A DNA stretch of 64,000 bases from assembly GCA_017995075.1 (NCBI GenBank), contig JAGOJO010000008.1:1011-65010 (forward strand). The letters are read 5' to 3'. Below, piece after piece: positions 1-10,356 of this stretch. Below the pieces are notes generated by a model, which worked only from the letters and a program-made list of their open reading frames with translations, did not search any database and had not been told where the DNA came from. Numbering within the stretch: the stretch's first letter is position 1; every line of letters begins with the position of its first letter. The DNA is from Bacteroidia bacterium. Lineage in GTDB: Bacteria > Bacteroidota > Bacteroidia > AKYH767-A > OLB10. The position numbers and the translations under genes are program-made.

Positions 1-417
1 TACTTGACCCTCTACAGTTAAACTTCCGGCGTTTACATTTAGCTGATATAATTCTGTATTGTTATTCGGATTGAAATATAAATTACCATTTCTTCCACCT
101 GAAGTGGCGATGGTTAAACTATTGCTTCCGGAAATGGTAATGCTGGATGCAGCACCCATATCTCCAAAAGTTAAACTTCCGCAAATAGCAGATGAGTTGA
201 TGGTGACAACAATATCACCCGGAATGATTACATCATCAGCATCGGTTGGTATACTCCCTGTTGACCAGTTGGCCGGAGTTTCCCAGGTACCTGAATTCAA
301 TAAAGTGTTAACCGCAGCGCTACTGTAACCTGCAATTAACATAAACATCGCTGTCAGACAGATAAGAACTGTCCTTTTACTTCGTCCGATTTGTTGTAAG
401 TTCATTTCCGTATTCAT
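1..417 (-). CDS. N-terminal part of a large secreted surface protein (partial; continues past the left edge)
   Basis: Absent from the supplied track because no stop lies inside the window. I translated the reverse frame by hand: all 139 codons from ATG 417 (alternative ATG 405) down to base 1 are open. The product starts MNTEMNLQQIGRSKRTVLICLTAMFMLIAGYSSAAV (basic n-region plus hydrophobic core, a signal peptide). It continues GTWETPANWSTGSIPTDADDVIIPGD and then G/S/N/T-rich beta-helix-like sequence. The + ORF 59..328 is its antisense shadow. Confidence 0.6.
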   Translation of the reverse strand, partial: MNTEMNLQQIGRSKRTVLICLTAMFMLIAGYSSAAVNTLLNSGTWETPANWSTGSIPTDADDVIIPGDIVVTINSSAICGSLTFGDMGAASSITISGSNSLTIATSGGRNGNLYFNPNNNTELYQLNVNAGSLTVEGQV

Positions 418-713
418 CTCTTGCTTTGTTGCACTTTGTATAGGTTTCACGTTTCTTTATCTTATGCAGTCATCGCGTTTTTTTCGACATCCGTGAATGC
501 ACCTATGATTATGCTGGTGAAACGGGATCAGGGAAGTGGTTTAGAAAAATTTCGATGAATGGCGAAAAACCTCCGTTAAGCGTCTTCGTACTTTTCGATG
601 AATGGCGATGATATTTCGGCGAGCCGCCTCCCCCGGAAAATTACCGGCCATTAAATAAAATAGTGGTATACCCCTGTAAATCAGCACAAAAGAGGGTGAA
701 CCCACCTATAACG

Positions 714-740
714 AAAAAGGTGCCTTTGGGGGGCACCTTT
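714..740 (-). terminator. Intrinsic terminator downstream of the LytTR regulator gene
   Basis: A 9-bp perfect stem, aaaggtgcc (716-724) / ggcaccttt (732-740), with a 7-nt loop. On the minus strand it is followed by a T-run (plus-strand A-run 714-718). It lies 73 nt past the stop at 813. Confidence 0.6.
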
Positions 741-812
741 AATTTGTAAGTTTTAAGAAGATTCCGTTTACCGCTTATTTTTCTTCGGTAAAGGCGGGAT
801 AATCAAGCTTGC

Positions 813-1502
813 TTAAACAATTTTTAAACGGCTATAGACCTCTTTTTTATACGTTTTTCCAATCGGAATAAGCTGGTCGAAATAAGAAATTACATCATCC
901 TCAATATCGGTAATCTTATCTACCTGTATTAAAAAGGATCGGTGTACACGTATGAATTTTTTTGATCCAAGTTTATCTTCTATCGCCTGCATAGTAGAGT
1001 GAACAACGATTTTTTCCTTGCGGGTATTGAGTGTAACATAATCGCCAAGACTCTCCACCCATAATATATCGTCAATAGCAAGTTTCATCAAACTACTGCC
1101 TTTCTTAATGAACACAGATGTTTCATCAACGTGATGGATGTTATTCTTTTCGTATAGATCTTTTGCCTTCGCCATCGCCTGCATAAAGCGGGGAAGAGCG
1201 ATCGGTTTTACCAGATAGTCGGTTACATTATTATCGAAAGCCTCTATTGCATACTCTTTAAAAGAAGTGGTGAGAACGATAATTGGATGTGGCTGCTTCA
1301 ACGATTTGATAAACTCTATACCTCCTATCAAAGGCATCTCTACATCCAGCAACAACAAGTCAATCTCATTGTTCGCTATATAAGATAATGCCTCTACAGG
1401 ATTATTAAAAGTTGCGGCCAGCTTGATATAGCTAACCTGTTTAATACACTGTTCTGTTGCTTTTAACGCCAGTTCGTTGTCATCAACGATAATGCAATTC
1501 AT
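813..1502 (-). CDS. LytTR-family response regulator (REC + LytTR DNA-binding domain)
   Basis: 229 aa. The receiver is recognisable from IIVDDNELA, DLLLLDVEMP (acceptor Asp region) and YLVKP. The C-terminal LytTR domain shows FIRVHRSFLIQVDKI. Confidence 0.9.
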   Translation of the reverse strand: MNCIIVDDNELALKATEQCIKQVSYIKLAATFNNPVEALSYIANNEIDLLLLDVEMPLIGGIEFIKSLKQPHPIIVLTTSFKEYAIEAFDNNVTDYLVKPIALPRFMQAMAKAKDLYEKNNIHHVDETSVFIKKGSSLMKLAIDDILWVESLGDYVTLNTRKEKIVVHSTMQAIEDKLGSKKFIRVHRSFLIQVDKITDIEDDVISYFDQLIPIGKTYKKEVYSRLKIV

Positions 1503-1700
1503 AGATCCCCTTTTTTTTGCGCAGACGCATACGAATAATCATGCCAAATGTAAAACGGTACCCAAAAAAATCCTCCGGTATGCCTTCGCTGAAGAGCGGG
1601 ACATAGATTTCAATTGGGGTATTATCATACTATAATCGGTGCTCCACTTTCCTTCCCTTGATGGGAGCACTGTTTATTCACTAATAATTCTCCTACAATA

Positions 1701-4250
1701 TTAACACTTCCCCTTCTCTTCTGCAAATGTTGGGGTTGGGATTGTTGGTTGAAGTACAGATCGCAGCTTTAAGGTATAATTCACTATCAGATTTTCAATA
1801 TTCTGACAAAGCAGACTCATATTATCTATGTTTTCCGGATGATACGAGAGTTCATCAACCTCTGAAAGAAGCGGTACAACTTCATCCAGACCAATTATTT
1901 GTATAGATCCTTTTAAATGATGCGTTTGCTTTCTTACCCGGACAAAATCACCTGAATCGATAGCCATCCTTAATAGCTCCAGTTTTTTAGGTGAAGTTTT
2001 AATGAAAACCTCCATCATTTCTCTTTCGAAAATTTCATTGCCATTACTCAGGCTTTTGAGATAAGAGAGGTTTAATCCGGAGTTGTCGTGATTGGGTGTA
2101 TTCACCGCAACAGGTGTAGGCGTCGGTTCTGTTGATTGAAGTTTTGTATGAAGGAATACTTTTTCAATAAGCGACGACTTCTGTATTGGTTTGGAGATAA
2201 AATCACACATGCCAATGGACAAACACTTCTCCCGTTCACCGCTGATGGTATGTGCTGTCATAGCAATGATAGGTGTGGAAATCTTCAATTCATTCCGAAT
2301 CATATCTGTGGCATGGTAGCCGTCCATCACAGGCATGTCCAGATCCATCAGGATAAGATCGTAGGTGTTTTCTTTTACAAGTTGTATTCCATCTACACCA
2401 TTCACAGCAACATCAAGCTGAAAGCCCGCTTCCTTTACCAGGTGACGCACAAGTTGCTTATTGAGTTCATTATCTTCGAAGAGAAGTAATCGTATCTTAT
2501 GGGCATCTTCCGGAGGTAATGTTTCTTCTGGTCGGGATTCAATTCTGATTGGAGCAGATTCGGCTTTATTAAAACGAAGTTCAAAATAGAACTCAGACCC
2601 GGCCCCTTCTTCAGATTTCAATTCAATATAGCCGCCCATTTCTTCTACGAGGCTTTTCGAAATGCTTAGTCCAAGTCCGGATCCAATCTGCTGCTTAGTA
2701 TTTTCGTTATCGGCCTGGAAAAAGCGTTCGAAGATCAACTGCTGTGCTTGTTTGGATATTCCCGGACCCGTATCCTTTATTCTGAATAACAAAGTACAGC
2801 GACGCGCATCCTCTTCCATCAGACAAATTTCAATAGCCACAAACCCTTTTTCAGTGAACTTTATGGCGTTATTGGTGAGATTGATCAAAACCTGATTCAG
2901 GTGGGTGATATCTCCGATAAATGCTTCAGGTAGGTGTTCATCAGGAAGGAACAACAGTTCAATTTGTTTTTCCTGAGCTTTCAGTTTTAATAAATCATAC
3001 ACTCCGCGCCGGATATCCTCTATTGTGAATCTGCGCCCGCTGGTTTTCATTCCTCCTGATTCTATCTTGGAAAAATCAAGAATATCGTTGATGATAGAAA
3101 GTAAGTTGGCACCTGCCGTACGGATGATCTCAATGTATTCTTTTTGCAGTGGATCCTGAGAGCTGTTCTGTAAAATCTCCGTAAAACCGATAATGGCATT
3201 CATCGGAGTGCGGATCTCATGACTCATATTGGCGAGAAATTTCTCTTTCTGACGCAAGCTTTGTTGTTCACGCTCATGCTCCAAACGAGTGCGTTCTTCT
3301 TCCTGAACTAACTCTGTAATATCGGTTACGAAGAAAAGGTACTTCACAGAACCATCAATAGTCACAATTGGTTTCGCGCTCACTGATGTAACAGATACTT
3401 TACCCTGTATATTTCGAAACCGGCACTGGACATTGAAACTGTTGATCTCACCGGAAGCAAAAAACCATGCCCGGCGAATACCTTCACGCTCTTCTTCAAC
3501 TACCTGCTCAAACCAATAAGATTCACGGCTGGGACGTCTGACATAACCGGCAATGGAATCAAATACTGAGTTTGTATAGATTAATTTCCCCGCTGTATTC
3601 GTTTGAACGATCCCCAACGGAGAATTTTCATTTGTATAGTTGAGAATATTTTCAATCTCGTGTATCTTCTTTTCGGAAAGCCCCTTTTGCTTTTTTACAG
3701 CAAACAGTTCTTCTTTGATCAGTACGGCCCGGAAGATATCCATCACCTGCTCTGAGATAGCGAGTAGATTGTTGCGGGTATCCGAAGACGTTAGTGATAA
3801 ATCCGCTGTATGTATACCCAAACAGCCAATGAGATTAGATGCTGCATCTGATAATGGAACCAATAGGCCATTAAATCGGAAAGCAGAATCTTCCTTTACC
3901 GACACGGACTTTATCTCATTTGATAAAATCTCGTTGTGGAAGTAATCTTCCAAAAGCGGCTGAATAGCTGACACCTCCCCTTCCGTACACCGGTATGTTG
4001 CCTTGACGGAGTATTCATTAAACCCAAAAAACACCAGAAAGGCACTGTCGCCATTGCAAAGCTGTGTTGCAATGCGTAACAAACCTTGCAACTTGCGGGG
4101 CTCAGAAATACTGATCCTGATGTATTTGTTAATGAATCCGGTCGAACGGGGACGAACCCTGTTTGGCACTTGTGTGAGCATTTGTTCGATGGTGTCCACT
4201 GTACTTCCAAAAGAAGCACAATCACAATGATCTTTTATCAAGGTATACAC
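1701..4250 (-). CDS. Cytoplasmic hybrid sensor histidine kinase (GAF/PAS - HisKA - HATPase_c - REC - HPt)
   Basis: 849 aa with no obvious TM segment. H-box SHEIRTPMNAIIGF. ATPase boxes NLTNNAIKFT, DTGPGI and GSGLGLSI. Receiver LLFEDNELN...DLILMDLDMPVMDG. C-terminal HPt motif QTHHLKGS. Confidence 0.9.
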   Translation of the reverse strand: MYTLIKDHCDCASFGSTVDTIEQMLTQVPNRVRPRSTGFINKYIRISISEPRKLQGLLRIATQLCNGDSAFLVFFGFNEYSVKATYRCTEGEVSAIQPLLEDYFHNEILSNEIKSVSVKEDSAFRFNGLLVPLSDAASNLIGCLGIHTADLSLTSSDTRNNLLAISEQVMDIFRAVLIKEELFAVKKQKGLSEKKIHEIENILNYTNENSPLGIVQTNTAGKLIYTNSVFDSIAGYVRRPSRESYWFEQVVEEEREGIRRAWFFASGEINSFNVQCRFRNIQGKVSVTSVSAKPIVTIDGSVKYLFFVTDITELVQEEERTRLEHEREQQSLRQKEKFLANMSHEIRTPMNAIIGFTEILQNSSQDPLQKEYIEIIRTAGANLLSIINDILDFSKIESGGMKTSGRRFTIEDIRRGVYDLLKLKAQEKQIELLFLPDEHLPEAFIGDITHLNQVLINLTNNAIKFTEKGFVAIEICLMEEDARRCTLLFRIKDTGPGISKQAQQLIFERFFQADNENTKQQIGSGLGLSISKSLVEEMGGYIELKSEEGAGSEFYFELRFNKAESAPIRIESRPEETLPPEDAHKIRLLLFEDNELNKQLVRHLVKEAGFQLDVAVNGVDGIQLVKENTYDLILMDLDMPVMDGYHATDMIRNELKISTPIIAMTAHTISGEREKCLSIGMCDFISKPIQKSSLIEKVFLHTKLQSTEPTPTPVAVNTPNHDNSGLNLSYLKSLSNGNEIFEREMMEVFIKTSPKKLELLRMAIDSGDFVRVRKQTHHLKGSIQIIGLDEVVPLLSEVDELSYHPENIDNMSLLCQNIENLIVNYTLKLRSVLQPTIPTPTFAEEKGKC

Positions 4251-4462
4251 CTAGTTAATAACGAAGTAGTGTTAGGAAACCAATACTTACCATCAATGAG
4301 CTGAAAAACAGTAACTTATACAATGTTAAATCTTGTGTCACCACCTTTTTTGGTAGGGCAAATACAGGAAAGTATTAAAACTCGTTTTAAATCTCCGGAG
4401 AGTAAGAGAATGGGGCCCGGGAAAGATCTATGAAAAGACGCTTCCAATCAGAAAGAACCATG

Positions 4463-4470
4463 TAATTTTG
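4463..4470 (+). promoter_or_regulatory. Candidate Bacteroidota -7 promoter box (TAnnTTTG) for nadA
   Basis: taattttg is an exact match to TAnnTTTG, 27 nt upstream of ATG 4497. I saw no convincing -33 element. Confidence 0.35.
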
Positions 4471-4496
4471 AGCCGAAGAATAAACCTGCGGAGAAT

Positions 4497-5489
4497 ATGC
4501 CAACATTATTAAGTGAAGAAGAGCTTAGATTACAAGGTTTTGTAAATGAACCAATAGATCCGCGAATTGATTTATTTGAGGCAATTCGGGATTTGAAGGT
4601 CAGGAAGAATGCGGTGATTCTGGCCCATTATTATCAGGATGCCGATATTCAGGATATTGCAGATTATATAGGCGATAGTTTAGGTTTAGCGCAGGAGGCA
4701 GCAAAAACGAAGGCCGACATGATCGTTTTTGCAGGAGTTCATTTTATGGCCGAGACAGCCAAATTGCTGAATCCAACCAAGAAAGTGGTGATGCCAGATT
4801 ACCGGGCAGGCTGTTCATTGGCGGATTCGTGTCCACCGGATGAATTCCGAAAGTTCCGTGAGGCTCATCCCGGTCATATCGTAATCAGTTACATCAATTG
4901 CACAGCAGCCATTAAAGCGCAGAGTGATATTATCTGTACTTCCTCCAATGCTATAAAAGTGGTGGAGAGTGTGCCTGCCAATACACCAATCATTTTTGCT
5001 CCTGATAAAAATCTGGGGGCATGGGTATCGAAGAAAACCGGACGGGATCTCGTTTTATGGGATGGTGCCTGTATGGTTCATGAGATCTTCTCACTCGAAA
5101 AAATCACCCGCTTAAAAGCGCAACATCCGGGAGCATTATTTATCGCTCATCCGGAATGCGAAGAAGCGGTATTGAAGCTTTCTGATTTTACAGGATCAAC
5201 CACTGCGCTGCTGAATTTCACCATGAAGAGTGAGGCATCTACATTTATTGTTGCTACCGAAAGTGGTATACTTCATCAGATGCAGAAGTCGTCGCCACAG
5301 AAAACCTTTATTCCGGCTCCACCGAATAACAATTGCGCCTGTAATGATTGTCCGCACATGAAATTGAATACGCTCGAAAAATTATACCTCTGCATGAAAC
5401 ACGAGCGGCCGGAAGTGAACATTGACCCTGCCATCTTCACACAGGCATTGCGACCACTGGAACGTATGCTGGAGATCAGTGCAAAATAA
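4497..5489 (+). CDS. nadA: Quinolinate synthase A
   Basis: 330 aa, the typical NadA length. Conserved blocks are [41 protein letters not shown] and CNDCPHM. Confidence 0.9.
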   Translation: MPTLLSEEELRLQGFVNEPIDPRIDLFEAIRDLKVRKNAVILAHYYQDADIQDIADYIGDSLGLAQEAAKTKADMIVFAGVHFMAETAKLLNPTKKVVMPDYRAGCSLADSCPPDEFRKFREAHPGHIVISYINCTAAIKAQSDIICTSSNAIKVVESVPANTPIIFAPDKNLGAWVSKKTGRDLVLWDGACMVHEIFSLEKITRLKAQHPGALFIAHPECEEAVLKLSDFTGSTTALLNFTMKSEASTFIVATESGILHQMQKSSPQKTFIPAPPNNNCACNDCPHMKLNTLEKLYLCMKHERPEVNIDPAIFTQALRPLERMLEISAK

Positions 5490-5552
5490 GGTGTCGGATT
5501 TGACGGCGTGGTTACAATTTCCCGGCTGGGGATCATTATCTTCGTACTGAAT

Positions 5553-7040
5553 ATGAAAAGAATTCTGATTTTATTTTTATTGCTGGGCACCGGTAGTTTT
5601 GCCCAAACCGATGGTCCGGTGAAATTCTACTATCCGAATGGAAAGGTCAGTTCGGAAGGTAATTTTAAAGGCGGTCAGCCGGATGGATACTGGAGAGCAT
5701 ATTATGATACCGGAATTTTGAAATCGGAAGGGAATCGGGTGAATGGTCAGCTGGATAGCCTCTGGCGCTTTTATGATGAGAAGGGAAATAAAACTTCGGA
5801 TATCCTTTACCGTGAGGGACAAAAGAACGGATGGCAGCGCGATTATTATCCAACCGGTAAGGTCTACCTCGAACGGTGGATGGTAAACGGTGCGGCAGAT
5901 AGTATCGCCAATTATTACCATGAAAAGGGCTATCTTGAAAAAGTAATACCATTAAGTGGAGGTGCAGAGAACGGTATTGCCCGCGAATATGCTGAGGATG
6001 GAAGAATCATTACACTTACCTCCTATAAGAACGGATTTTTTGTAAAGCAGGAGAAAATCAATCGTTATGATAAATTTGGTTTTAAGCAGGGTCCCTGGAA
6101 AGAGTTTTATGCGAGTGGTGTAGTGAAGGAGGATGGTGTCTGGAAAGATGATAAGAAGAATGGAATTTTCCGTTGGCTGGGGCCGGAAGGAATTGTGATG
6201 AGGATGGAAGTGTGGAAGAACGGAGAGCTTGTTCAGGATGAGCTGGCGAATGTAAAACTGGATATTAAACGTGATTATCATAACAACGGTCGCCCGAAAA
6301 GCTCGGTGAATATTATCAATGGTGTGAAGGAGGGCGTATATCGCGAGTTCGATAAAGAGGGAAACATTACCATTTCTAAGCTCTACGAGAAAGATAAGGT
6401 AATCGCTGAGGGAGGAACAGTAGATCCGCAGGGACGTCAGCAGGGGAAATGGACTTACTATTATGCCGATGGTAAAATAAAATCGACCGGCAGCTTTAAA
6501 GACGGGCTTAGAGAAGGTGCCTGGATATTCTATTATCCGAACCAGCAAATTCAACAGCAGGGAAATTATGTGAAGAACCTACCTGATGGGAATTGGAAAT
6601 GGAATTATCCGAGTGGAAAGATCCTTCGCGACGAGCAATATAAAAACGGTAAGGAGGATGGATCCAGCACCGAATACGATGAGCAGGCGGTAATTATCGC
6701 ACAGGGAAATCTGGTGGGCGGTTTACGTGAAGGTCCGTGGAAGTATAAAAACGGGCAGTACATCGCGGAGGGGAATTATGTGGAGGGGAATCAGGATGGA
6801 ATCTGGAAACAGTACTACGAAAATGGCAAGTTGGCATTCGAAGGAGAATATTTCGAAGGGCAGGAAAACGGCGTCCATAAGTTCTACTTCGACAACGGCA
6901 AGCCAAAAGAAGAACGCAAATATCGTCTCGGATTAAAAGAAGGCGATTGGAAGGTATGGGATGAAACCGGAGAGCTCATTCTGACAACCACCTATGAGCG
7001 AGGAGAGGTAAAAAAGATGGAAGGGGTGAAGATGAACTAG
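5553..7040 (+). CDS. Secreted MORN-variant (YwqK-type) repeat protein
   Basis: The track ORF starts at an upstream GTG. ATG 5553 gives the signal peptide MKRILILFLLLGTGSFAQ. The body is many tandem ~23-aa units of the type G-x-W-x-x-YY-x-NGK-x-x-x-EG-x-Y-x-x-G. Confidence 0.7.
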   Translation: MKRILILFLLLGTGSFAQTDGPVKFYYPNGKVSSEGNFKGGQPDGYWRAYYDTGILKSEGNRVNGQLDSLWRFYDEKGNKTSDILYREGQKNGWQRDYYPTGKVYLERWMVNGAADSIANYYHEKGYLEKVIPLSGGAENGIAREYAEDGRIITLTSYKNGFFVKQEKINRYDKFGFKQGPWKEFYASGVVKEDGVWKDDKKNGIFRWLGPEGIVMRMEVWKNGELVQDELANVKLDIKRDYHNNGRPKSSVNIINGVKEGVYREFDKEGNITISKLYEKDKVIAEGGTVDPQGRQQGKWTYYYADGKIKSTGSFKDGLREGAWIFYYPNQQIQQQGNYVKNLPDGNWKWNYPSGKILRDEQYKNGKEDGSSTEYDEQAVIIAQGNLVGGLREGPWKYKNGQYIAEGNYVEGNQDGIWKQYYENGKLAFEGEYFEGQENGVHKFYFDNGKPKEERKYRLGLKEGDWKVWDETGELILTTTYERGEVKKMEGVKMN

Positions 7041-7062
7041 GGTTTTTTTTGAATCTTTAACC

Positions 7063-7094
7063 GTCAACCACTCAAAAATCCGGTCATCCACTCA
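7063..7094 (+). promoter_or_regulatory. Direct-repeat element (2 x CCACTCA, 20-bp period) upstream of the sensor kinase/LytTR operon
   Basis: The sequence is GTCAACCACTCAAAAATCCGGTCATCCACTCA. The heptamers sit at 7068-7074 and 7088-7094. It matches 13628-13659 at 25 of 32 positions without gaps (counted by hand). It ends 72 nt before ATG 7166. Confidence 0.4.
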
Positions 7095-7165
7095 GGATAT
7101 CTGCACTTGACACCGTTGCGACCACGAAATATTGACAGGATCGTTTAATTTTATCATCCTGCCAA

Positions 7166-10100
7166 ATGAACACTCCTCCGATAATATTCCGGAATGAACT
7201 TTTTAAACCACTGCTTTTGTGGTTTATACTCATTCTATCAACAGAGGTCAGGGCTCAAAACTATAAGGCCTCCGTTCAACCGCTCAGCGAGTACCGGTTT
7301 GAAAGCATTAACGAGCACAATGGATTGCACAACCTGCGTCTAGGCGATTTTGTACAAGACCAACAAGGGTTTATTTGGATTGCATCCGAGGATGGACTTC
7401 ATAGATATGACGGAAAAGATTTTCAAATATATCTGGAGGAAGACGGCAAAAGCACCTCTGTACTTACCAGTTGGATTTCTACACTAGAGGTTGATAAACA
7501 GGGAAGGATTTGGGTGGCGTATAACGGAGGTGGCTTTAGTATCTATACACCCGAAAATGATAAGTTCACACATTTCCCTTCCGGAACCAGTGGCCTTGGT
7601 AGCAATACGATCCAATATCTTCACTGCGATCGTGATGGAGAAATGTGGGCATATATATCTCCGAACCAGATTGCACGACTGAGTGATAAAAGTCCCATTG
7701 TACGTCCCCTCCATCCCGACACACTGGTTACACATACTTCGGCATTGGCTGTAAATATTTTTGAAGATCAGCGCACCCCTGGTCTTTTATGGTTTTGTGG
7801 AAACGGTTTATTCAGCTACAATAAAATCACGCATGAATGGAATAGTTTTTCCATCCAACACACGGTTAATCCATATCAGGAATTTAACTACTATACAAAC
7901 GGAATTGCACTGAAAGATGGTCGCGTAGTATTGAGCGCATGGGGAACAGGGGTTACTGTTTACAATCCGAACAACAATGAATGGCATCGTTACTTACCGG
8001 AAGGAACACAGGATGTACCAGGCACCCACAATATTATCTATTGGCTGGAAATGCGGGATGATCACTCTGCATGGGTAAATACTTCTATTGGTTTTGGATA
8101 TATAGATATTGATACGGGGGTCTTCTATATTATCGATGATCAAACTGCTGAAAAATACAATGTACCGAAAGGAAACATGCGAAGATTGCTGCGCGATAGA
8201 GACAATAATTTATGGATTGGACATTCTTTAGGGATCAGTTTATTAAAGAACAATTACAACAGATTTAAATTCATACCTGTGCCGGTAACACATTCAGAGA
8301 ACGGCGAATTTTATTATGTAAGTAAAATACTGAATGATACGGTTGAAAACCTGCGTATAGATGCATTGAGCTTTGCTGATGGTATTCATATCACAGATTT
8401 AAGCACGGGGAAAATTACTCGTTTGGCTGTTGATTATCTTCCCAAACAGGAACACGCGCAACTGGTACATGATTTGCTAAAAGATGACAAGGGTCGTTAT
8501 TGGGTGCTTAGTCGCGATTTCATTTATCAGCTTGATATTAAAAAATCACAGCTTAGTAAGTTACAACTCATACCGAAGTTATACGATAAGGGAGCCACTC
8601 CTTTTTTCACGGAATTTTTTTATTCTGGTGGTGATTCCGTTTGGGTAGGATCAAATCATTCAGGATTACTTTGTCTGCAACTGACAGATAAAGAGCTGAA
8701 GCAGTTTGATCATATCGAGGGAGATGATCAAACTATCAGCAGTAATTATGTGTCAAACATGCAGATGGACGGGCAAGGTCGAATGTGGGTCCAAACCAAA
8801 CGCAGATTAATTGAAGTCATCGATTTCGTAAACGGAAAAATCCAACGAATCGTGCCGGAGGATCTCAATTCCGGTAATAGCAATTATCAGTTTTTTGATA
8901 TGTCGATGGATTCGAAAAAGAACATCTGGATTTCTGGTAGCAATGGTTTTTATTATACATCTACGGCTGATAAAGGTACATTCAGCTGGAATAAACTTCC
9001 GAAAATGGAGGGCTTTACCACACAGTTTTTTTATCACTTTGTTTTTGATGGAAATGATATCATCTGGTGTATGACACCTGCCGGATTGTACTCAATTGAT
9101 CCATTTCGAAAAAAAGCAGAAAGATTTACAATCACAGACGGATTGGGCAATGATTATATTAATGCGGGTCTTAATATCGGGCCAAACAATACAATTCAGA
9201 TTTGTTATTGGAAAGGGTTTTATGTGTTAAACCACATTAAAAATTCGACACCTAGAATTCTCAAGCCGTATTTGTTGAATTTTCGTGTCTGGAATAAACC
9301 CATACAATATATACGCCGAAACAGTACAACGCTCCAGTTAAAATCAGACGAAAATTTCATTTCCATTGATTTCACTTCAGTGGATTTTGTTCACTCAGGA
9401 AAAATTCTTTTCAGTTATAAACTCGAAGGTTTAGAAGAAAGCTGGAGTGAGGCGAGTGAAAGACGGTTTGCTTCCTTTTCCCACTTGCCGGGAGGTGATT
9501 ACCGTTTTCTTGTTCGTGTGGCAAATGAGAAGGGAGAATGGGGTCCTGTTCAGGAGTTAATACGCTTCAATATTGCAACGCCTTATTGGAAGAGAACCTG
9601 GTTTGTACTCCTGGCAAGTTTGGTTTTTACTTTATTGATATTTGCTTTGTACCGATACCGAATCAATCGGGTACAACGGTCGGAAGCACATAAAACAAAA
9701 TTAAATAAACGACTGGCAGAAGCAGAAATGCGTGCATTACGTGCACAGATGAATCCGCATTTTATTTTCAACTGCCTTAACTCAATTAATCGTTATATTG
9801 TAAAAAGTGATCAGCAAAAGGCTTCATTGTATCTCACCCGCTTTTCTAAACTGATTCGTTTGATACTCGATAATTCCAATAGTAAAGCTGTCAGTCTCGA
9901 ACAGGATCTGGAGGCACTTAAGATTTACATTGAGATGGAGTCGTTGCGTTTTGAAGATAAATTTGATTTCACCGTTGAAGTAGCACCCGGGACTGACGCG
10001 TTTAATATTCAGGTACCTCCCATGATACTTCAGCCATTTGTGGAGAATGCTATTTGGCACGGCTTGCTTCATAAGGAAGGAAAGGGAGTTTTAAAGATTT

Positions 10101-10354
10101 ATATACAGAAGAATGCCCGCCATCTGGAATGTCTGATTGAGGATAATGGTGTCGGCCGCAAGAAAGCAATGGAACTTCGCAGCAAGTCCGCTACTACTCG
10201 TAAATCGCTGGGGATGCAATTAACGGAGGAGCGGATGCAGTTGCTCATGACAGAACTTGGAACGAAGGGGGAGATACGTGTGGAGGATCTGACAGGTCCA
10301 AATGACGAACCTCTTGGAACTCGTGTTATCTTAAAATTACCTATAGAAGAATAA
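7166..10354 (+). CDS. Sensor histidine kinase with a large periplasmic propeller/Y_Y_Y-type domain and a LytS-type kinase core
   Basis: 1062 aa with an N-terminal signal/anchor. The long extracytoplasmic region has repeated 'two-component regulator propeller'-like units (GFIWIASEDGLHRYDG, GRIWVAYNGGGFSIY, NNLWIGHSLGISLL). A Y_Y_Y-like segment follows (GDYRFLVRVANEKGEWG). Then one TM (WFVLLASLVFTLLIFALY), the His_kinase motif MNPHFIFNCLNSI, and HATPase_c (QPFVENAIWHG, EDNGVG). Confidence 0.85.
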   Translation: MNTPPIIFRNELFKPLLLWFILILSTEVRAQNYKASVQPLSEYRFESINEHNGLHNLRLGDFVQDQQGFIWIASEDGLHRYDGKDFQIYLEEDGKSTSVLTSWISTLEVDKQGRIWVAYNGGGFSIYTPENDKFTHFPSGTSGLGSNTIQYLHCDRDGEMWAYISPNQIARLSDKSPIVRPLHPDTLVTHTSALAVNIFEDQRTPGLLWFCGNGLFSYNKITHEWNSFSIQHTVNPYQEFNYYTNGIALKDGRVVLSAWGTGVTVYNPNNNEWHRYLPEGTQDVPGTHNIIYWLEMRDDHSAWVNTSIGFGYIDIDTGVFYIIDDQTAEKYNVPKGNMRRLLRDRDNNLWIGHSLGISLLKNNYNRFKFIPVPVTHSENGEFYYVSKILNDTVENLRIDALSFADGIHITDLSTGKITRLAVDYLPKQEHAQLVHDLLKDDKGRYWVLSRDFIYQLDIKKSQLSKLQLIPKLYDKGATPFFTEFFYSGGDSVWVGSNHSGLLCLQLTDKELKQFDHIEGDDQTISSNYVSNMQMDGQGRMWVQTKRRLIEVIDFVNGKIQRIVPEDLNSGNSNYQFFDMSMDSKKNIWISGSNGFYYTSTADKGTFSWNKLPKMEGFTTQFFYHFVFDGNDIIWCMTPAGLYSIDPFRKKAERFTITDGLGNDYINAGLNIGPNNTIQICYWKGFYVLNHIKNSTPRILKPYLLNFRVWNKPIQYIRRNSTTLQLKSDENFISIDFTSVDFVHSGKILFSYKLEGLEESWSEASERRFASFSHLPGGDYRFLVRVANEKGEWGPVQELIRFNIATPYWKRTWFVLLASLVFTLLIFALYRYRINRVQRSEAHKTKLNKRLAEAEMRALRAQMNPHFIFNCLNSINRYIVKSDQQKASLYLTRFSKLIRLILDNSNSKAVSLEQDLEALKIYIEMESLRFEDKFDFTVEVAPGTDAFNIQVPPMILQPFVENAIWHGLLHKEGKGVLKIYIQKNARHLECLIEDNGVGRKKAMELRSKSATTRKSLGMQLTEERMQLLMTELGTKGEIRVEDLTGPNDEPLGTRVILKLPIEE

Positions 10355-10356
10355 GG

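Noticed and set aside
59-328. 89-aa + strand ORF from the track
   Set aside because: It lies entirely antisense to the open minus-strand frame 1..417, which has a signal peptide and surface-protein-like sequence. Its own product is low-complexity, so I treat it as a shadow ORF.
2136-4304. Several 60-120-aa ORFs overlapping the hybrid kinase gene (2136..2489, 2662..2895, 3640..3945, 3911..4225, 4003..4230, 4086..4304)
   Set aside because: All are nested in, or antisense to, an 849-aa ORF with unmistakable kinase, receiver and HPt motifs. None shows a recognisable motif of its own.
5276-6936. Antisense and alternate-frame ORFs inside nadA and the MORN-repeat gene, including a 200-aa ORF at 5952..6554
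   Set aside because: The sense frames carry strong family signatures. The long antisense frame is a by-product of the repetitive codon pattern of the MORN units.
7041-7050. T8 run right after the MORN gene stop, considered as a terminator
   Set aside because: I could not find a stable hairpin immediately upstream of the T-run.
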